Assembly: GCF_014054945.1 (NCBI RefSeq) | Contig: NZ_CP059566.1 | Location: 2,406,881-2,438,880 of the forward strand | Source of the DNA: Neisseria sicca | GTDB taxonomy: Bacteria > Pseudomonadota > Gammaproteobacteria > Burkholderiales > Neisseriaceae | DNA length: 32,000 bases | Direction of reading: 5' to 3' | Part shown: one piece after another, positions 9,155 to 17,244 of the stretch | Layout: each line of letters opens with the position of its first letter | How positions within the stretch are numbered: position 1 is the first letter of the stretch | Notes under the pieces: model-generated | Database searches by the model: none | Told to the model about the DNA's origin: nothing | The model's input: only the letters and a program-made list of their open reading frames with translations | Position numbers and translations under genes: made by a program

Positions 9155-10501
9155 TCACTTCTGTCCGCTTTGTTCCACCTGTCGTTTGAAGCGTGTGCCT
9201 GCGGCGTGGTAGAAGGGGCGGGGGGAGAATTGGCGGGAGACTTGTGAGGCGAAGATGCAGGCGATGAGCAGCCAAAAGAGGAGGTTTTGTCCGCCGGTCA
9301 TTTCCATCACGACGACGGCGGAGGTGAGCGGGGATTGGGTGGCGCCGGCAAGGAAGGCTGCCATGCAGAGGAGGACGAGGACGTGGGTGCCTTGGGCGAG
9401 TCCGGTGAGGACGGCGATGCGTTCGCCCAAGACTGCGCCTATGGTCAGGGAGGGGGTGAAGATGCCGCCGGGCGTGCCTGCCCAGTAGCTCAGGACGGTG
9501 GAGAACCATTTGGCGACGGCGAGTCCGGCGGGGGCTTCGTGGATGCCGCGCAGGGCTTGGGCGGCTTCGTGGTAACCTGTGCCGTAGGTTTTGCCTTGGT
9601 AAAGTGTGCCGATGGCGGCGAGCAGGATGCCGATGAGGGCGGCGGTAATCAGGGGGTGGCGGCGGATGTGTTCGCGCCATTTGGCGGGGGCGAAGGCGGT
9701 GGCGCCGAGATACAGGGTGCGCCCGAACAGTCCGCCTGCGATGCCGCACGCGAGTCCGCAGCCCAATACCCAGCCGAGCATATTGTCGAGCGCGCCGCCG
9801 CTGAAGCCTGAGAAATAGGGGTTGTTGCCTTGTATGGCGACTTGGATGAAACCGGCGGCGAGGACGCCGAGCAGGATTTGCCGCTCCCAACGCAGCATGA
9901 CTTCGCGCCCGAGTTCTTCGATGGCGAAAATCACGCCTGCCAGCGGGGCGTTGAACGCGGCGGCTAGACCGCCTGCCGCGCCTGCGGCGATAAGATCGTT
10001 TTCCTGCATGCCGCGAAAGGCGAAGCCGTGTTTTTTGCACCATGCGCCCCACGCGCTCATGACTGCCGCGCCGACTTGGACGGACGGCCCTTCACGCCCG
10101 ACGGATGCGCCTGCGCACATGGCGAGGAAAGTCAGCGGGATTTTGAGGAGGGTTTCGCGGAGGCGGATCAGGCGGGTTTTGTTGGCGCCGTAGGGCAGGG
10201 CGAGGCTGGCGAGCACTTGCGGGATGCCGCTGCCGGAGGTGTAGGGGGCGAAACGGCGGGTGATCCAGACGATGAGCGGCAGCCCGAAGGGCAGGGCGAC
10301 CCAGGCAAACCAAGGATATTTTTGCACCAGCTCCGCATTCGTTTCCAACGCGAAATCCGCCATCCAGGCAAACAGGAGGGCAGTCAGCGCAACCAGTGCT
10401 GAACCTGCCAGCAGGAACAGAAAAGCAATGCTTTTACGCGAAATGCGGCGGGTTTGGCGGATTTTGTGCGTGATGTGGTAGGCGGGCGGTTTGGTCGGCA
10501 T
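9155..10501 (-). CDS. ClC-family voltage-gated chloride channel / H+-Cl- exchanger
   Basis: 448 aa, 10 or more TM helices. ClC selectivity-filter motifs GSGIPQ, GREGP (gating Glu) and GGIFTPS. No C-terminal CBS domains. Confidence 0.85.
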   Translation of the reverse strand: MPTKPPAYHITHKIRQTRRISRKSIAFLFLLAGSALVALTALLFAWMADFALETNAELVQKYPWFAWVALPFGLPLIVWITRRFAPYTSGSGIPQVLASLALPYGANKTRLIRLRETLLKIPLTFLAMCAGASVGREGPSVQVGAAVMSAWGAWCKKHGFAFRGMQENDLIAAGAAGGLAAAFNAPLAGVIFAIEELGREVMLRWERQILLGVLAAGFIQVAIQGNNPYFSGFSGGALDNMLGWVLGCGLACGIAGGLFGRTLYLGATAFAPAKWREHIRRHPLITAALIGILLAAIGTLYQGKTYGTGYHEAAQALRGIHEAPAGLAVAKWFSTVLSYWAGTPGGIFTPSLTIGAVLGERIAVLTGLAQGTHVLVLLCMAAFLAGATQSPLTSAVVVMEMTGGQNLLFWLLIACIFASQVSRQFSPRPFYHAAGTRFKRQVEQSGQK

Positions 10502-10538
10502 GGTATGCGGAAGTGTGGAAAAGGTCGTCTGAAAAGGG

Positions 10539-10919
10539 TTATTGCGGAAGGCGGTTTATCAATGCGCCAAGATAGCCTAAACCGAAAGACAGTAAAAATG
10601 CAGAAGCGATGCCGACACCCCAGTAAATAGATCGGTGCTGCGTAGGTTTGTCAGTGGTGGCACGCAGCAGTTTGAAATAGAGTGCGAACGTGGCGGATGA
10701 GATGGCGAAAATCAGTAAACAGCCGAAGAGGGAGACAGATGAATAAGAGGCGTAGGCGATTATTGCAGGTTTCAGTGTGTAAAGCACGCCCGCGCCTACC
10801 GCCCATTTCCAGATGGGATAGAGCTTGTCGGGGGAATCCAGCGTCCCCACAGCTTGAAATCTGCCGAATGCCAATATCAAAGCAATGTCAAAAAAGATGG
10901 ATGCAAAGAGTAACATCAT
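10539..10919 (-). CDS. Small 4-TM membrane protein, paralog A of a tandem pair
   Basis: 126 aa, aaggaa RBS. Shares FGR.Q....DS.D...P.W...G....Y and LYFK.LR.T.D....R.IYWG.GI.S with the ORF at 11011-11379. Confidence 0.6.
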   Translation of the reverse strand: MMLLFASIFFDIALILAFGRFQAVGTLDSPDKLYPIWKWAVGAGVLYTLKPAIIAYASYSSVSLFGCLLIFAISSATFALYFKLLRATTDKPTQHRSIYWGVGIASAFLLSFGLGYLGALINRLPQ

Positions 10920-10953
10920 AAAATAATTTCCTTGTGAGTAAGATGTTTTTGTT

Positions 10954-10979
10954 TTCAGACGACCTCGGGGTCGTCTGAA
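10954..10979. terminator. Inverted DUS pair between the two paralogs
   Basis: ttcagacgacct (10954-10965) and gggtcgtctgaa (10968-10979), loop of about 2-4 nt. Confidence 0.55.
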
Positions 10980-11010
10980 AAAAGAGGGGGGCAGCCTGTT
11001 GCCCCTCCAG

Positions 11011-11379
11011 TCAATGCATAATAAATAAGTTTGCCCAATAAAACAATTTTTCGGTCAGTAGGGTTAAGGCTATACCTGAAAGAATGCCCAGTCCCCAATA
11101 GATAAACCGGCGGCGTTTCGGGTCGGGTGTGGTACGCAACATTTTGAAATACAAAAGCAAGCAGCCGAACATGCAGATGGTTTGAAACAGAATGAAAGGG
11201 AGGCTGTCAATGGCTTTGGTAATCGAATCATGAACGATGATTGTCACTATGCGTATGCATAAATAAATCAAAGCCGAGCCTGCCGCCGAATGCCAAAAGG
11301 GGACGGGCGAGTCGGATGAGTCGGTTGTCCTGTGGGGTTGAAGCCTGCCGAATAACAATATAAAGACAATGTCAGACAT
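11011..11379 (-). CDS. Small 4-TM membrane protein, paralog B of a tandem pair
   Basis: 122 aa, agggag RBS. Same motif skeleton as 10539-10919. Confidence 0.6.
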   Translation of the reverse strand: MSDIVFILLFGRLQPHRTTDSSDSPVPFWHSAAGSALIYLCIRIVTIIVHDSITKAIDSLPFILFQTICMFGCLLLYFKMLRTTPDPKRRRFIYWGLGILSGIALTLLTEKLFYWANLFIMH

Positions 11380-11414
11380 AATGATGACTCCCTTGACGTA
11401 AGCTGTTTTTGTGT

Positions 11415-11440
11415 TTCAGACGACATTGGGGTCGTCTGAA
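11415..11440. terminator. Inverted DUS pair upstream of paralog B
   Basis: ttcagacgac (11415-11424) and gggtcgtctgaa (11429-11440). Confidence 0.55.
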
Positions 11441-11467
11441 ATGTTATGGTGCGGCGATATGGGGCAG

Positions 11468-11624
11468 TATAGTGAATTAACTTTAAACCAGTACGGCGTT
11501 GCCTCGCCTTAGCTCAAAGAGAACGATTCTCTAAGGTGCTGAAGCACCAAGTGAATCGGTTCCGTACTATCTGTACTGTCTGCGGCTTCGTCGCCTTGTC
11601 CTGATTTAAATTTAATCCACTATA
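11468..11624. mobile_element. Correia repeat-enclosed element (complete, 157 bp)
   Basis: tatagtgaattaactttaaaccagtacggcg ... gtcctgatttaaatttaatccactata. Nearly identical to 21791-21947. Confidence 0.92.
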
Positions 11625-11761
11625 CCGCGCTAAGGTGTGTCAGTACGTCGATCATCCGCAACGCCGAAGCGGCTGCCATATCCCGGTAAACACAGTGATG
11701 CAGCAGAACAGTATGGGCTTTCGCAAATAAAGCACGCGCTATGGTTTTGCACTTGGTCTAA

Positions 11762-11791
11762 AGGTCGTCTGAAACGGTTTTCAGACGACCT
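11762..11791. terminator. Inverted DUS pair, probably the original ppc terminator displaced by the prophage
   Basis: aggtcgtctgaa (11762-11773) and ttcagacgacct (11780-11791). ppc (minus strand) has no DUS hairpin after its stop, whereas almost every other gene here does. This pair lies just beyond the prophage on the far side. Confidence 0.5.
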
Positions 11792-11878
11792 TATATATTG
11801 CACCCCGTTAAGGCGGTGTAAAAATCCTTTGAAACCCCTTGACAAATATTTTTAACCGATATTTGAGAGGGGTCTAAA

Positions 11879-12106
11879 ATGTCAAACTTCTATTTCTACA
11901 CGACAACGCCGCAATATTTCAAAGGCCAAGTTGTCGCCTATATTCTGAAAGTCTTTTCCGAAGACGAAGAGACGCAAACCAAATGCCTTGAAACAAAGGT
12001 TTTCCCCGTACGTAATTCCAAAAAATACAAAATTGCAGCAGACGAAGCCGAAATTTACGGCAAACTCGTTGTTGCCGACCTTATGAGAAATGAGGTGCAA
12101 CAATGA
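11879..12106 (+). CDS. Phage hypothetical protein (75 aa), translationally coupled to Rep
   Basis: ATG behind gagagggg RBS; stop overlaps the next start (ATGA at 12103-12106). Confidence 0.5.
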   Translation: MSNFYFYTTTPQYFKGQVVAYILKVFSEDEETQTKCLETKVFPVRNSKKYKIAADEAEIYGKLVVADLMRNEVQQ

Positions 12107-12999
12107 ACCGTTCGGCTAAAGGGAGCGCGAAGCGCGACCTTCCTTGTCTATATAGTAATAACTGCATTGAGACCGCTGAAAGCGGCGAAATTAAGCAGTT
12201 GCATGTAAAACATGAAAACCGTAAAGCGGACACGCTGAACGAGTTTTCCACTTCTTACAAAAAATCCACTACCGCACTAGAAATGAACGTCAAAGCGTTC
12301 ATTGAAGCCTTTGGCCTGAACAAAGTAGGCTTTTTAACCCTGACCTTTGCCGATGACGTAACCGACCCTAAAGAAGCGCAACGCCGTTTTCATAGTTTGA
12401 GAACAAACTTTCTCAAACGCCACTTTCCAGAATACGTTTGCGTTTACGAACGCACAAAAAAAGGCCGTATCCATTTCCACCTGATTGTAAACACCCGTGT
12501 CGATATACGGCGCGGCCTGAATTTCCGCGAAATTGCCGCAGGCCGTTACAGTTCCGCCAATCCCGCATTGCGCAAACTGTGGGCATTGCTCCGCGAAAAC
12601 GTTCACAAATATGGCTTTGGCCGTACAGAACTTTTGCCCGTCAAGACCAACAGCAAAGGATTGGCGCGCTATGTTTCAAAGTATATTAGCAAACATATCA
12701 ACAGCCGCCTGCCGGAAGACAAAGGCTATCGGCTCGTGCGTACCAGCATGGACAAAAAGTCAATGTGGAAAATCGCAAACAGCAATTTTGCCTTTGTATC
12801 AAAAGGTTCGAAAGAGTGGAGACGCAAGCTAAAAAAGTGGGTTGAGCAGGTAGAAGACTACCTTAACCGCGTGGCCGAATGGAAACACCGCCCAGCCCTG
12901 CCCAGCATTACCCAAGACAATTACAACACCGTATTGTCGTCTGTCCTAAGCCCGAAATGGGCGTTTAAAAACCGTGAAATCATCGTAAACATGGAGTAA
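12103..12999 (+). CDS. Phage rolling-circle replication initiator (HUH endonuclease, pII/RstA-like)
   Basis: 298 aa with motif 1 FLTLTF, HUH motif RIHFHLIVN and Tyr motif ARYVSKYISK. It occupies the first large gene position of the inovirus module. Confidence 0.75.
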   Translation: MNRSAKGSAKRDLPCLYSNNCIETAESGEIKQLHVKHENRKADTLNEFSTSYKKSTTALEMNVKAFIEAFGLNKVGFLTLTFADDVTDPKEAQRRFHSLRTNFLKRHFPEYVCVYERTKKGRIHFHLIVNTRVDIRRGLNFREIAAGRYSSANPALRKLWALLRENVHKYGFGRTELLPVKTNSKGLARYVSKYISKHINSRLPEDKGYRLVRTSMDKKSMWKIANSNFAFVSKGSKEWRRKLKKWVEQVEDYLNRVAEWKHRPALPSITQDNYNTVLSSVLSPKWAFKNREIIVNME

Positions 13000-13004
13000 C
13001 CAGC

Positions 13005-13274
13005 ATGAATGAAAATCAAACCCCGAAACAAGGCTTTTTTGTAACCGCGTCATTTGACCGAGCCTTTGTCAAAGAGCGCAAAAACGCAGACGGTACATAT
13101 AACAAAGTCCACTATATTGGCCTGCTAGTCCGAAACGAAGACGGCACGCAGCTTTGCGAAGTCCGCACAAAGAAACCTGAAAAATATCAGACGTGGAAGC
13201 GCGACCAAATCGTTACCCTTGAAGTATATCCACGCGCATTCAAAGACAACGTTTATTATTCTGACGAACGGTAG
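13005..13274 (+). CDS. Probable phage ssDNA-binding protein (pV-like; by size and position only)
   Basis: 89-aa ORF directly after Rep and before the coat gene. Beta-rich, basic/aromatic composition. No motif-level proof. Confidence 0.45.
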   Translation: MNENQTPKQGFFVTASFDRAFVKERKNADGTYNKVHYIGLLVRNEDGTQLCEVRTKKPEKYQTWKRDQIVTLEVYPRAFKDNVYYSDER

Positions 13275-13422
13275 GCGAAGCCGCAAGCCGCCGCACCGCA
13301 GGGGCGTCGGCTTGCAATGCCAGCCGTACAGAAAACAGAAATTCAGGGTTTGGCCGTTTCCCCTGAATCAGACCCCGAAAAACGGCCACAACATTTTTTT
13401 AACTCACTTAAAGGAAAAAATC

Positions 13423-13650
13423 ATGAATCTCATGAAACTGAAAAACAAAGCTAAATACGCTCTGGCCGCAACAACCGTTGCCGTACTGTCCTCTCCGGTA
13501 CTGGCTGAGGGAACTTTGATGGACACCGCCAAAGAAGAATTGTCTGGCTTGAAAGCGGGCGTATTGGCCATCGGCGCGATTGCTATCGGTATCGCCGTAG
13601 CGTTCGCCACAATCGCCATTTCAAAACGCGGCGCACGTTCGGCGAGCTAA
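13423..13650 (+). CDS. Major coat protein precursor (pVIII-type)
   Basis: 75 aa starting at ATG 13423 behind aaaggaaaaaatc. Signal peptide MNLMKLKNKAKYALAATTVAVLSSPVLA. The mature part has an acidic N-terminus (EGTLMDTAKEE), a hydrophobic core (GVLAIGAIAIGIAVAFATIAI) and a basic tail (SKRGARSAS). The track start at 13219 adds an implausible 68-aa Arg-rich leader across a hairpin-rich spacer. Confidence 0.8.
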   Translation: MNLMKLKNKAKYALAATTVAVLSSPVLAEGTLMDTAKEELSGLKAGVLAIGAIAIGIAVAFATIAISKRGARSAS

Positions 13651-13654
13651 GACG

Positions 13655-13942
13655 ATGGGTTATCAGGTAGGCAGAATCTGCTATGCGACCGAACAGGAAG
13701 CACAAAACGTCCTGATGACCCAAGTCGTGCCGACGATAGACAAAGACGGGGTGCTTCATCACCCCGTTTTTGACGGCACGAAGTGGACATATCAGGAGCA
13801 GCCCGTAAAACCCACGTTCCCGCAATGCCGATTTGGAGAATACGCAGAAGCAGGCCGAATGATGGGTGGTTTTATAGTCGCATCAGTTGCGGCGGCAATG
13901 GTGGTAACAGTAATTTTAAGAGCAATCAAAGACGTAGGATAG
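13655..13942 (+). CDS. Phage minor structural/membrane protein (95 aa, C-terminal TM anchor)
   Basis: Starts 4 nt after the coat gene stop. C-terminal helix GGFIVASVAAAMVVTVILRAI. Position is equivalent to ORF5 of Nf phages. Confidence 0.5.
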   Translation: MGYQVGRICYATEQEAQNVLMTQVVPTIDKDGVLHHPVFDGTKWTYQEQPVKPTFPQCRFGEYAEAGRMMGGFIVASVAAAMVVTVILRAIKDVG

Positions 13943-13946
13943 GAAA

Positions 13947-15764
13947 ATGAGAAATGACACCCGAAGCAGAATTTTTAATCGCAGTGTTACCCTATATGTT
14001 GTTGGCATTATTGCTGCATTTAATCCTGTTCCGTCGTTAGCAGAAGCCACGTTGCCACCGCCCGCCCAACACCAAAACGCGGGCTTTCCGAGTGAGCAGG
14101 CATTGAGACAGAAAGGATACGACCCAAAAACAGGCATTTGGAAAGTAGAGAGCCGCCCCACGGGCAAACCGACCGTAAGCAGCGGCGGCGGCCAAATCAC
14201 CGGAACGCAAAACCAGCGTGTAACCGTAACGGACGCGCACGGAAACAAAGCAACGATTAACACGCAAGTAACGCAGCGGGTTAGTACTGGCAAAATTGAA
14301 TCTATAGCAGGTGGTACGCTGGCAGGTTTAACTGCCGCAGGTGGTGCGATTGGTTCAGATTTTGCCGCAAGAGCTTATAAACAAGCCAAAAATGGAGACT
14401 GGGGTGGAGCGGCTAGAGAGGGATTTGGGGCAGTTTTGGAAGGTTTGTCAAAACTTGATTTTACGGGTTTTGGCAGTGGAGTTAATAATTTTTTGGATAA
14501 AACAAGTATACGCCCTAATTCTTCATCAGGCCAACTTGCACAAGCCGCCCAACAAGCCGCTACCGCCCAAGCCCAAGCAGAACAAAGCGGAGACCTAGGA
14601 CGAGCAATTGCAGCCGCAGCCGCCAAAAAAGCCGCCGAAGGCGCGGCCTCCGCAGCAAAACAGGCGGAAGGGTGGACGACATCAGGGAAAATGCTTGCTG
14701 AAGCCTCGAAGAACAAAGACGGTAGCTATTCCCAACTATATTTGAGACGTGTCGATATTGGTTCAGGTTCTAATGTTAGACCAAGACTTAATATAGAAGG
14801 CTATGCTTGGGTAATAGATAAATATAATGGTTCATATAATTGGGGATATTGTACAGGTGGAAATTGTAATGGTTGGTATAAAGGTAGCCTTCCTGAAGGT
14901 TATGACAAAGTTGCAGGATACGTCTATACCCCGATAACAAATGACGCACAATTACAGGTTGCTCGTGCAAAAGTTACAGGTCAGACCCCTGCTGAACAAG
15001 ACAAGATAATTAAAGAAATGACGCTAAATCAAAATGACATTAAAGACATTTTGAAGCGTATGCTCGAAAACCAACAGACCAACCATGCAGAACTGATGAA
15101 CCAGCTAGCAAAAATGGGGAACGTCGTACCGGACTCTACAACATCGACCGAGTTCACGCCAGCCACGGCTACCACTGCCCCCTATACTCCCACAGGCTCG
15201 AACATGCCGCAGCAGACCCAAATCACGATAAACCGAGACGGCAGCATTACGACAACGGTAATACCCCGTCCCGACCTCGTGCCGAACAGCCCGCAAGCAC
15301 CAACGCGAACCGCTTTGATACCCAACAAACCAAGCACACCGACCACGCCTACAACACCAACAAGCCCTACAACGCCGACCACACCCGCCGCACCGACAGA
15401 GCCGACCAGCCCTACAAGCCCGACCGCTCCGACCACACCGCAAAACCCAAGCGGCGAGCAGCAGAACCAAGACCTATGCACAAAGAACCCAGCCGCCCCC
15501 CAATGCACGGGCGAAAATACCGCATATGAAGACCTCGGTATACCAGAACAATCCATAGACCTTAACGGCCTGAAGCCGCTGGACGTATTCCAAAATGATG
15601 GCGTATGCCCCGCCCCCGTACAGGTGCAGATGGGCGCAATGGGAACGCTTGAATTTAGTTATGACGGATTGTGCCAAACTTTAAGAATGATTCGACCAAT
15701 TTTAATAATCGGAACAATCATAATGTGCGGCTGGTTTGCATATAACGCGATAAAGGAACTTTGA
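13947..15764 (+). CDS. pIII-like adsorption protein, TspB-like, with Pro/Thr-rich hinge
   Basis: 605 aa. N-terminal signal (…VVGIIAAFNPVPSLAEA) and C-terminal anchor (MIRPILIIGTIIMCGWFAYNAI). Gly/Ala-rich and PTTPTTPTSPTTPTTPAAPTEPTSPTSPTAPTTP linkers and a Cys-rich C-terminal module. It is the largest ORF, sited before the pVI/Zot genes as for ORF6 (TspB) of meningococcal MDA phage. Confidence 0.7.
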   Translation: MRNDTRSRIFNRSVTLYVVGIIAAFNPVPSLAEATLPPPAQHQNAGFPSEQALRQKGYDPKTGIWKVESRPTGKPTVSSGGGQITGTQNQRVTVTDAHGNKATINTQVTQRVSTGKIESIAGGTLAGLTAAGGAIGSDFAARAYKQAKNGDWGGAAREGFGAVLEGLSKLDFTGFGSGVNNFLDKTSIRPNSSSGQLAQAAQQAATAQAQAEQSGDLGRAIAAAAAKKAAEGAASAAKQAEGWTTSGKMLAEASKNKDGSYSQLYLRRVDIGSGSNVRPRLNIEGYAWVIDKYNGSYNWGYCTGGNCNGWYKGSLPEGYDKVAGYVYTPITNDAQLQVARAKVTGQTPAEQDKIIKEMTLNQNDIKDILKRMLENQQTNHAELMNQLAKMGNVVPDSTTSTEFTPATATTAPYTPTGSNMPQQTQITINRDGSITTTVIPRPDLVPNSPQAPTRTALIPNKPSTPTTPTTPTSPTTPTTPAAPTEPTSPTSPTAPTTPQNPSGEQQNQDLCTKNPAAPQCTGENTAYEDLGIPEQSIDLNGLKPLDVFQNDGVCPAPVQVQMGAMGTLEFSYDGLCQTLRMIRPILIIGTIIMCGWFAYNAIKEL

Positions 15765-15765
15765 G

Positions 15766-16044
15766 ATGTGGGGAAACCTGATAACAGCCGTATTAATGAC
15801 AGTGGCAGGCCGCATCATAGCAGCCCTAGGTTTGTCGTTTGTAACCTACGTAGGCCTTAACGAGTTGCAAGGCTATCTGATGAGAGCCGTACAAAATCAA
15901 ATCGGGGGCATACCTGACACCGCCTTGCAGCTTGCATATATCCTAGGTATAGGCGTAATGCTCAATTGGATTTTTGGTACATTCGTATTTATCCAATCAA
16001 TAAAAGCCTTTTCAAAACTTTCGGCGGGCATCGCAAAAAAATAA
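15766..16044 (+). CDS. pVI-like minor coat / DUF2523-like membrane protein
   Basis: 92 aa, three hydrophobic helices. Starts 1 nt after the preceding stop, immediately upstream of the Zot-like gene as is typical for inoviruses. Confidence 0.55.
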   Translation: MWGNLITAVLMTVAGRIIAALGLSFVTYVGLNELQGYLMRAVQNQIGGIPDTALQLAYILGIGVMLNWIFGTFVFIQSIKAFSKLSAGIAKK

Positions 16045-16059
16045 AGAAAGTGAACAACC

Positions 16060-17244
16060 ATGATTTATCTGATTACAGGTGTACCAGGTTCGGGCAAGAC
16101 CCTTAAAATGATTTCCGACCTGATGAATCGCAAAGACCTGCAAGGTCGGCCGCTGTATCTTGACGGCATCCCCGAAGTCAAAGGCGAAATCATCCCAAAC
16201 CTACCCATACCCGACGGCGAAACTATGCAAACTTGGTACAAGTGGGCACCTCCGTCGGCCATTCTTGTGATAGACGAATGCCAGCGCGTTTTTAGGCCGC
16301 GCCCAAGTGGTTCTAAAGTCCCCGAACACGTATCAGAATTGGAAACCCACCGACACAAAGGTATAGATATTTTTCTGTTGACGCAGCATCCCCGCTTGCT
16401 TGACAGCAACGTCCGCGCCCTAGTCGGCCACCATTGCCACATAAGCAAAACAAACATGGGTTTCCGCAGAATGCTTGAATGGGAGCGGTGTGCCGATCCA
16501 ACAACTAAAGCAGACGTAGCAGGCGCAGTTACAAGCGTCTATACGCTGGACAAAAAAGCCTACGGCGTTTACAAAAGCGCAGAAGAACATACAAAAATCC
16601 GCACAAAGTTGAGCCGTACCGTTTACGTCTTCCCGATTGCACTCGCCGTCATCATCGGCGGTTTGTGGACGGCTTACAGTTTCTGGCGGAACATGACGGC
16701 GGAAAAGCCGCAAAAGCCACCCGTTGCCGCGCAAGCGGCAAGACCCGCAGCGGCGGACGCGGCAGCCGCCCCGACGGCGGACGCGGGCGCAGCAGCGGGG
16801 CAATACCCGCCCCAGCCGCAACAGCAGGCGCAGGCGGCTAATACGCAGCAGCAGCGGCCACACTTGAGCGAACAAGACTACAAGCCCGTCATAGACGGCC
16901 AACCCCATACAGCGCCGATATACGACCAATTCAACAAAGCAGTTAAAACCATGCCCTATCCAGTTGCTTGCGTCAAAAATGAAAACCGCTGTACTTGCTA
17001 CACCGAGCAGGGGACACCTATAAAAGGTTTCAGTAAAACCCAATGTCTTGAGTTTGTCAAAAACGGCATATACAATCCGTATAAAGCACCGGCACAAACG
17101 CAGACGGCGGCGGAAGAGCCGAAGCAGGCCGAATCCGAAAGCGGCCAAGTGCTGACGATGGGCGGAGAAAGTCAGCAAAATCTAATGTATGACGGATATA
17201 GCGAAAAAGCCCTGACTAATCAGGGCGCGAAAGTTGGGATATGA
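16060..17244 (+). CDS. Zot/pI-family phage assembly ATPase
   Basis: 394 aa. Walker A GVPGSGKT at the N-terminus, Walker B ILVIDECQ, central TM (VYVFPIALAVIIGGLWTAYSFW), Ala/Gln-rich linker and a Cys-containing C-terminal domain. Confidence 0.8.
   Translation: MIYLITGVPGSGKTLKMISDLMNRKDLQGRPLYLDGIPEVKGEIIPNLPIPDGETMQTWYKWAPPSAILVIDECQRVFRPRPSGSKVPEHVSELETHRHKGIDIFLLTQHPRLLDSNVRALVGHHCHISKTNMGFRRMLEWERCADPTTKADVAGAVTSVYTLDKKAYGVYKSAEEHTKIRTKLSRTVYVFPIALAVIIGGLWTAYSFWRNMTAEKPQKPPVAAQAARPAAADAAAAPTADAGAAAGQYPPQPQQQAQAANTQQQRPHLSEQDYKPVIDGQPHTAPIYDQFNKAVKTMPYPVACVKNENRCTCYTEQGTPIKGFSKTQCLEFVKNGIYNPYKAPAQTQTAAEEPKQAESESGQVLTMGGESQQNLMYDGYSEKALTNQGAKVGI

Noticed and set aside
9018-10052. 344-aa Arg/Pro-rich ORF overlapping the ClC gene on the same strand in another frame, plus the plus-strand ORFs at 9287-10402
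   Set aside because: Extreme Arg/Pro composition (RRRRGRRSSRR…) is a frame-shift artefact of GC-rich sequence. The ClC frame has the diagnostic motifs.
10650-10670. Sigma-54 promoter candidates (TGGCAC at about 2744, 4122 and 10655)
   Set aside because: None has TTGC at the correct -12 spacing, and all lie inside coding sequence.
11630-11855. ORFs 11630-11845 (minus) and 11637-11855 (plus) between the CREE and the prophage
   Set aside because: Both read straight through the inverted DUS hairpin and start or end at the CREE edge. No RBS and no motifs, so most likely non-coding flank.
11839-11867. TTGACA at 11839-11844 as the phage early promoter
   Set aside because: No acceptable -10 hexamer at 16-18 nt spacing. 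The best is TATTTG at 15 nt, too weak to call from sequence alone.
11792-11878. Search for dRS3-type repeats (ATTCCC-N8-GGGAAT) at the prophage ends, as described for meningococcal Nf phages
   Set aside because: No such palindrome is present at either junction. The only GGGAAT copies are at about 28295 and 28423, far from the phage. The integration target here must be different.
13219-13422. Extended start (13219) for the coat protein ORF
   Set aside because: It overlaps the previous gene and reads through the hairpin-rich spacer with an Arg-rich leader. The internal ATG 13423 has a strong RBS and yields a canonical signal peptide.
15321-15450. Short tandem repeats considered as a possible CRISPR or VNTR locus
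   Set aside because: The repeats are in-frame 9-nt Pro-Thr-x units inside a long ORF, with no unique spacers and no repeat-spacer periodicity. No CRISPR-like array exists anywhere in the window.
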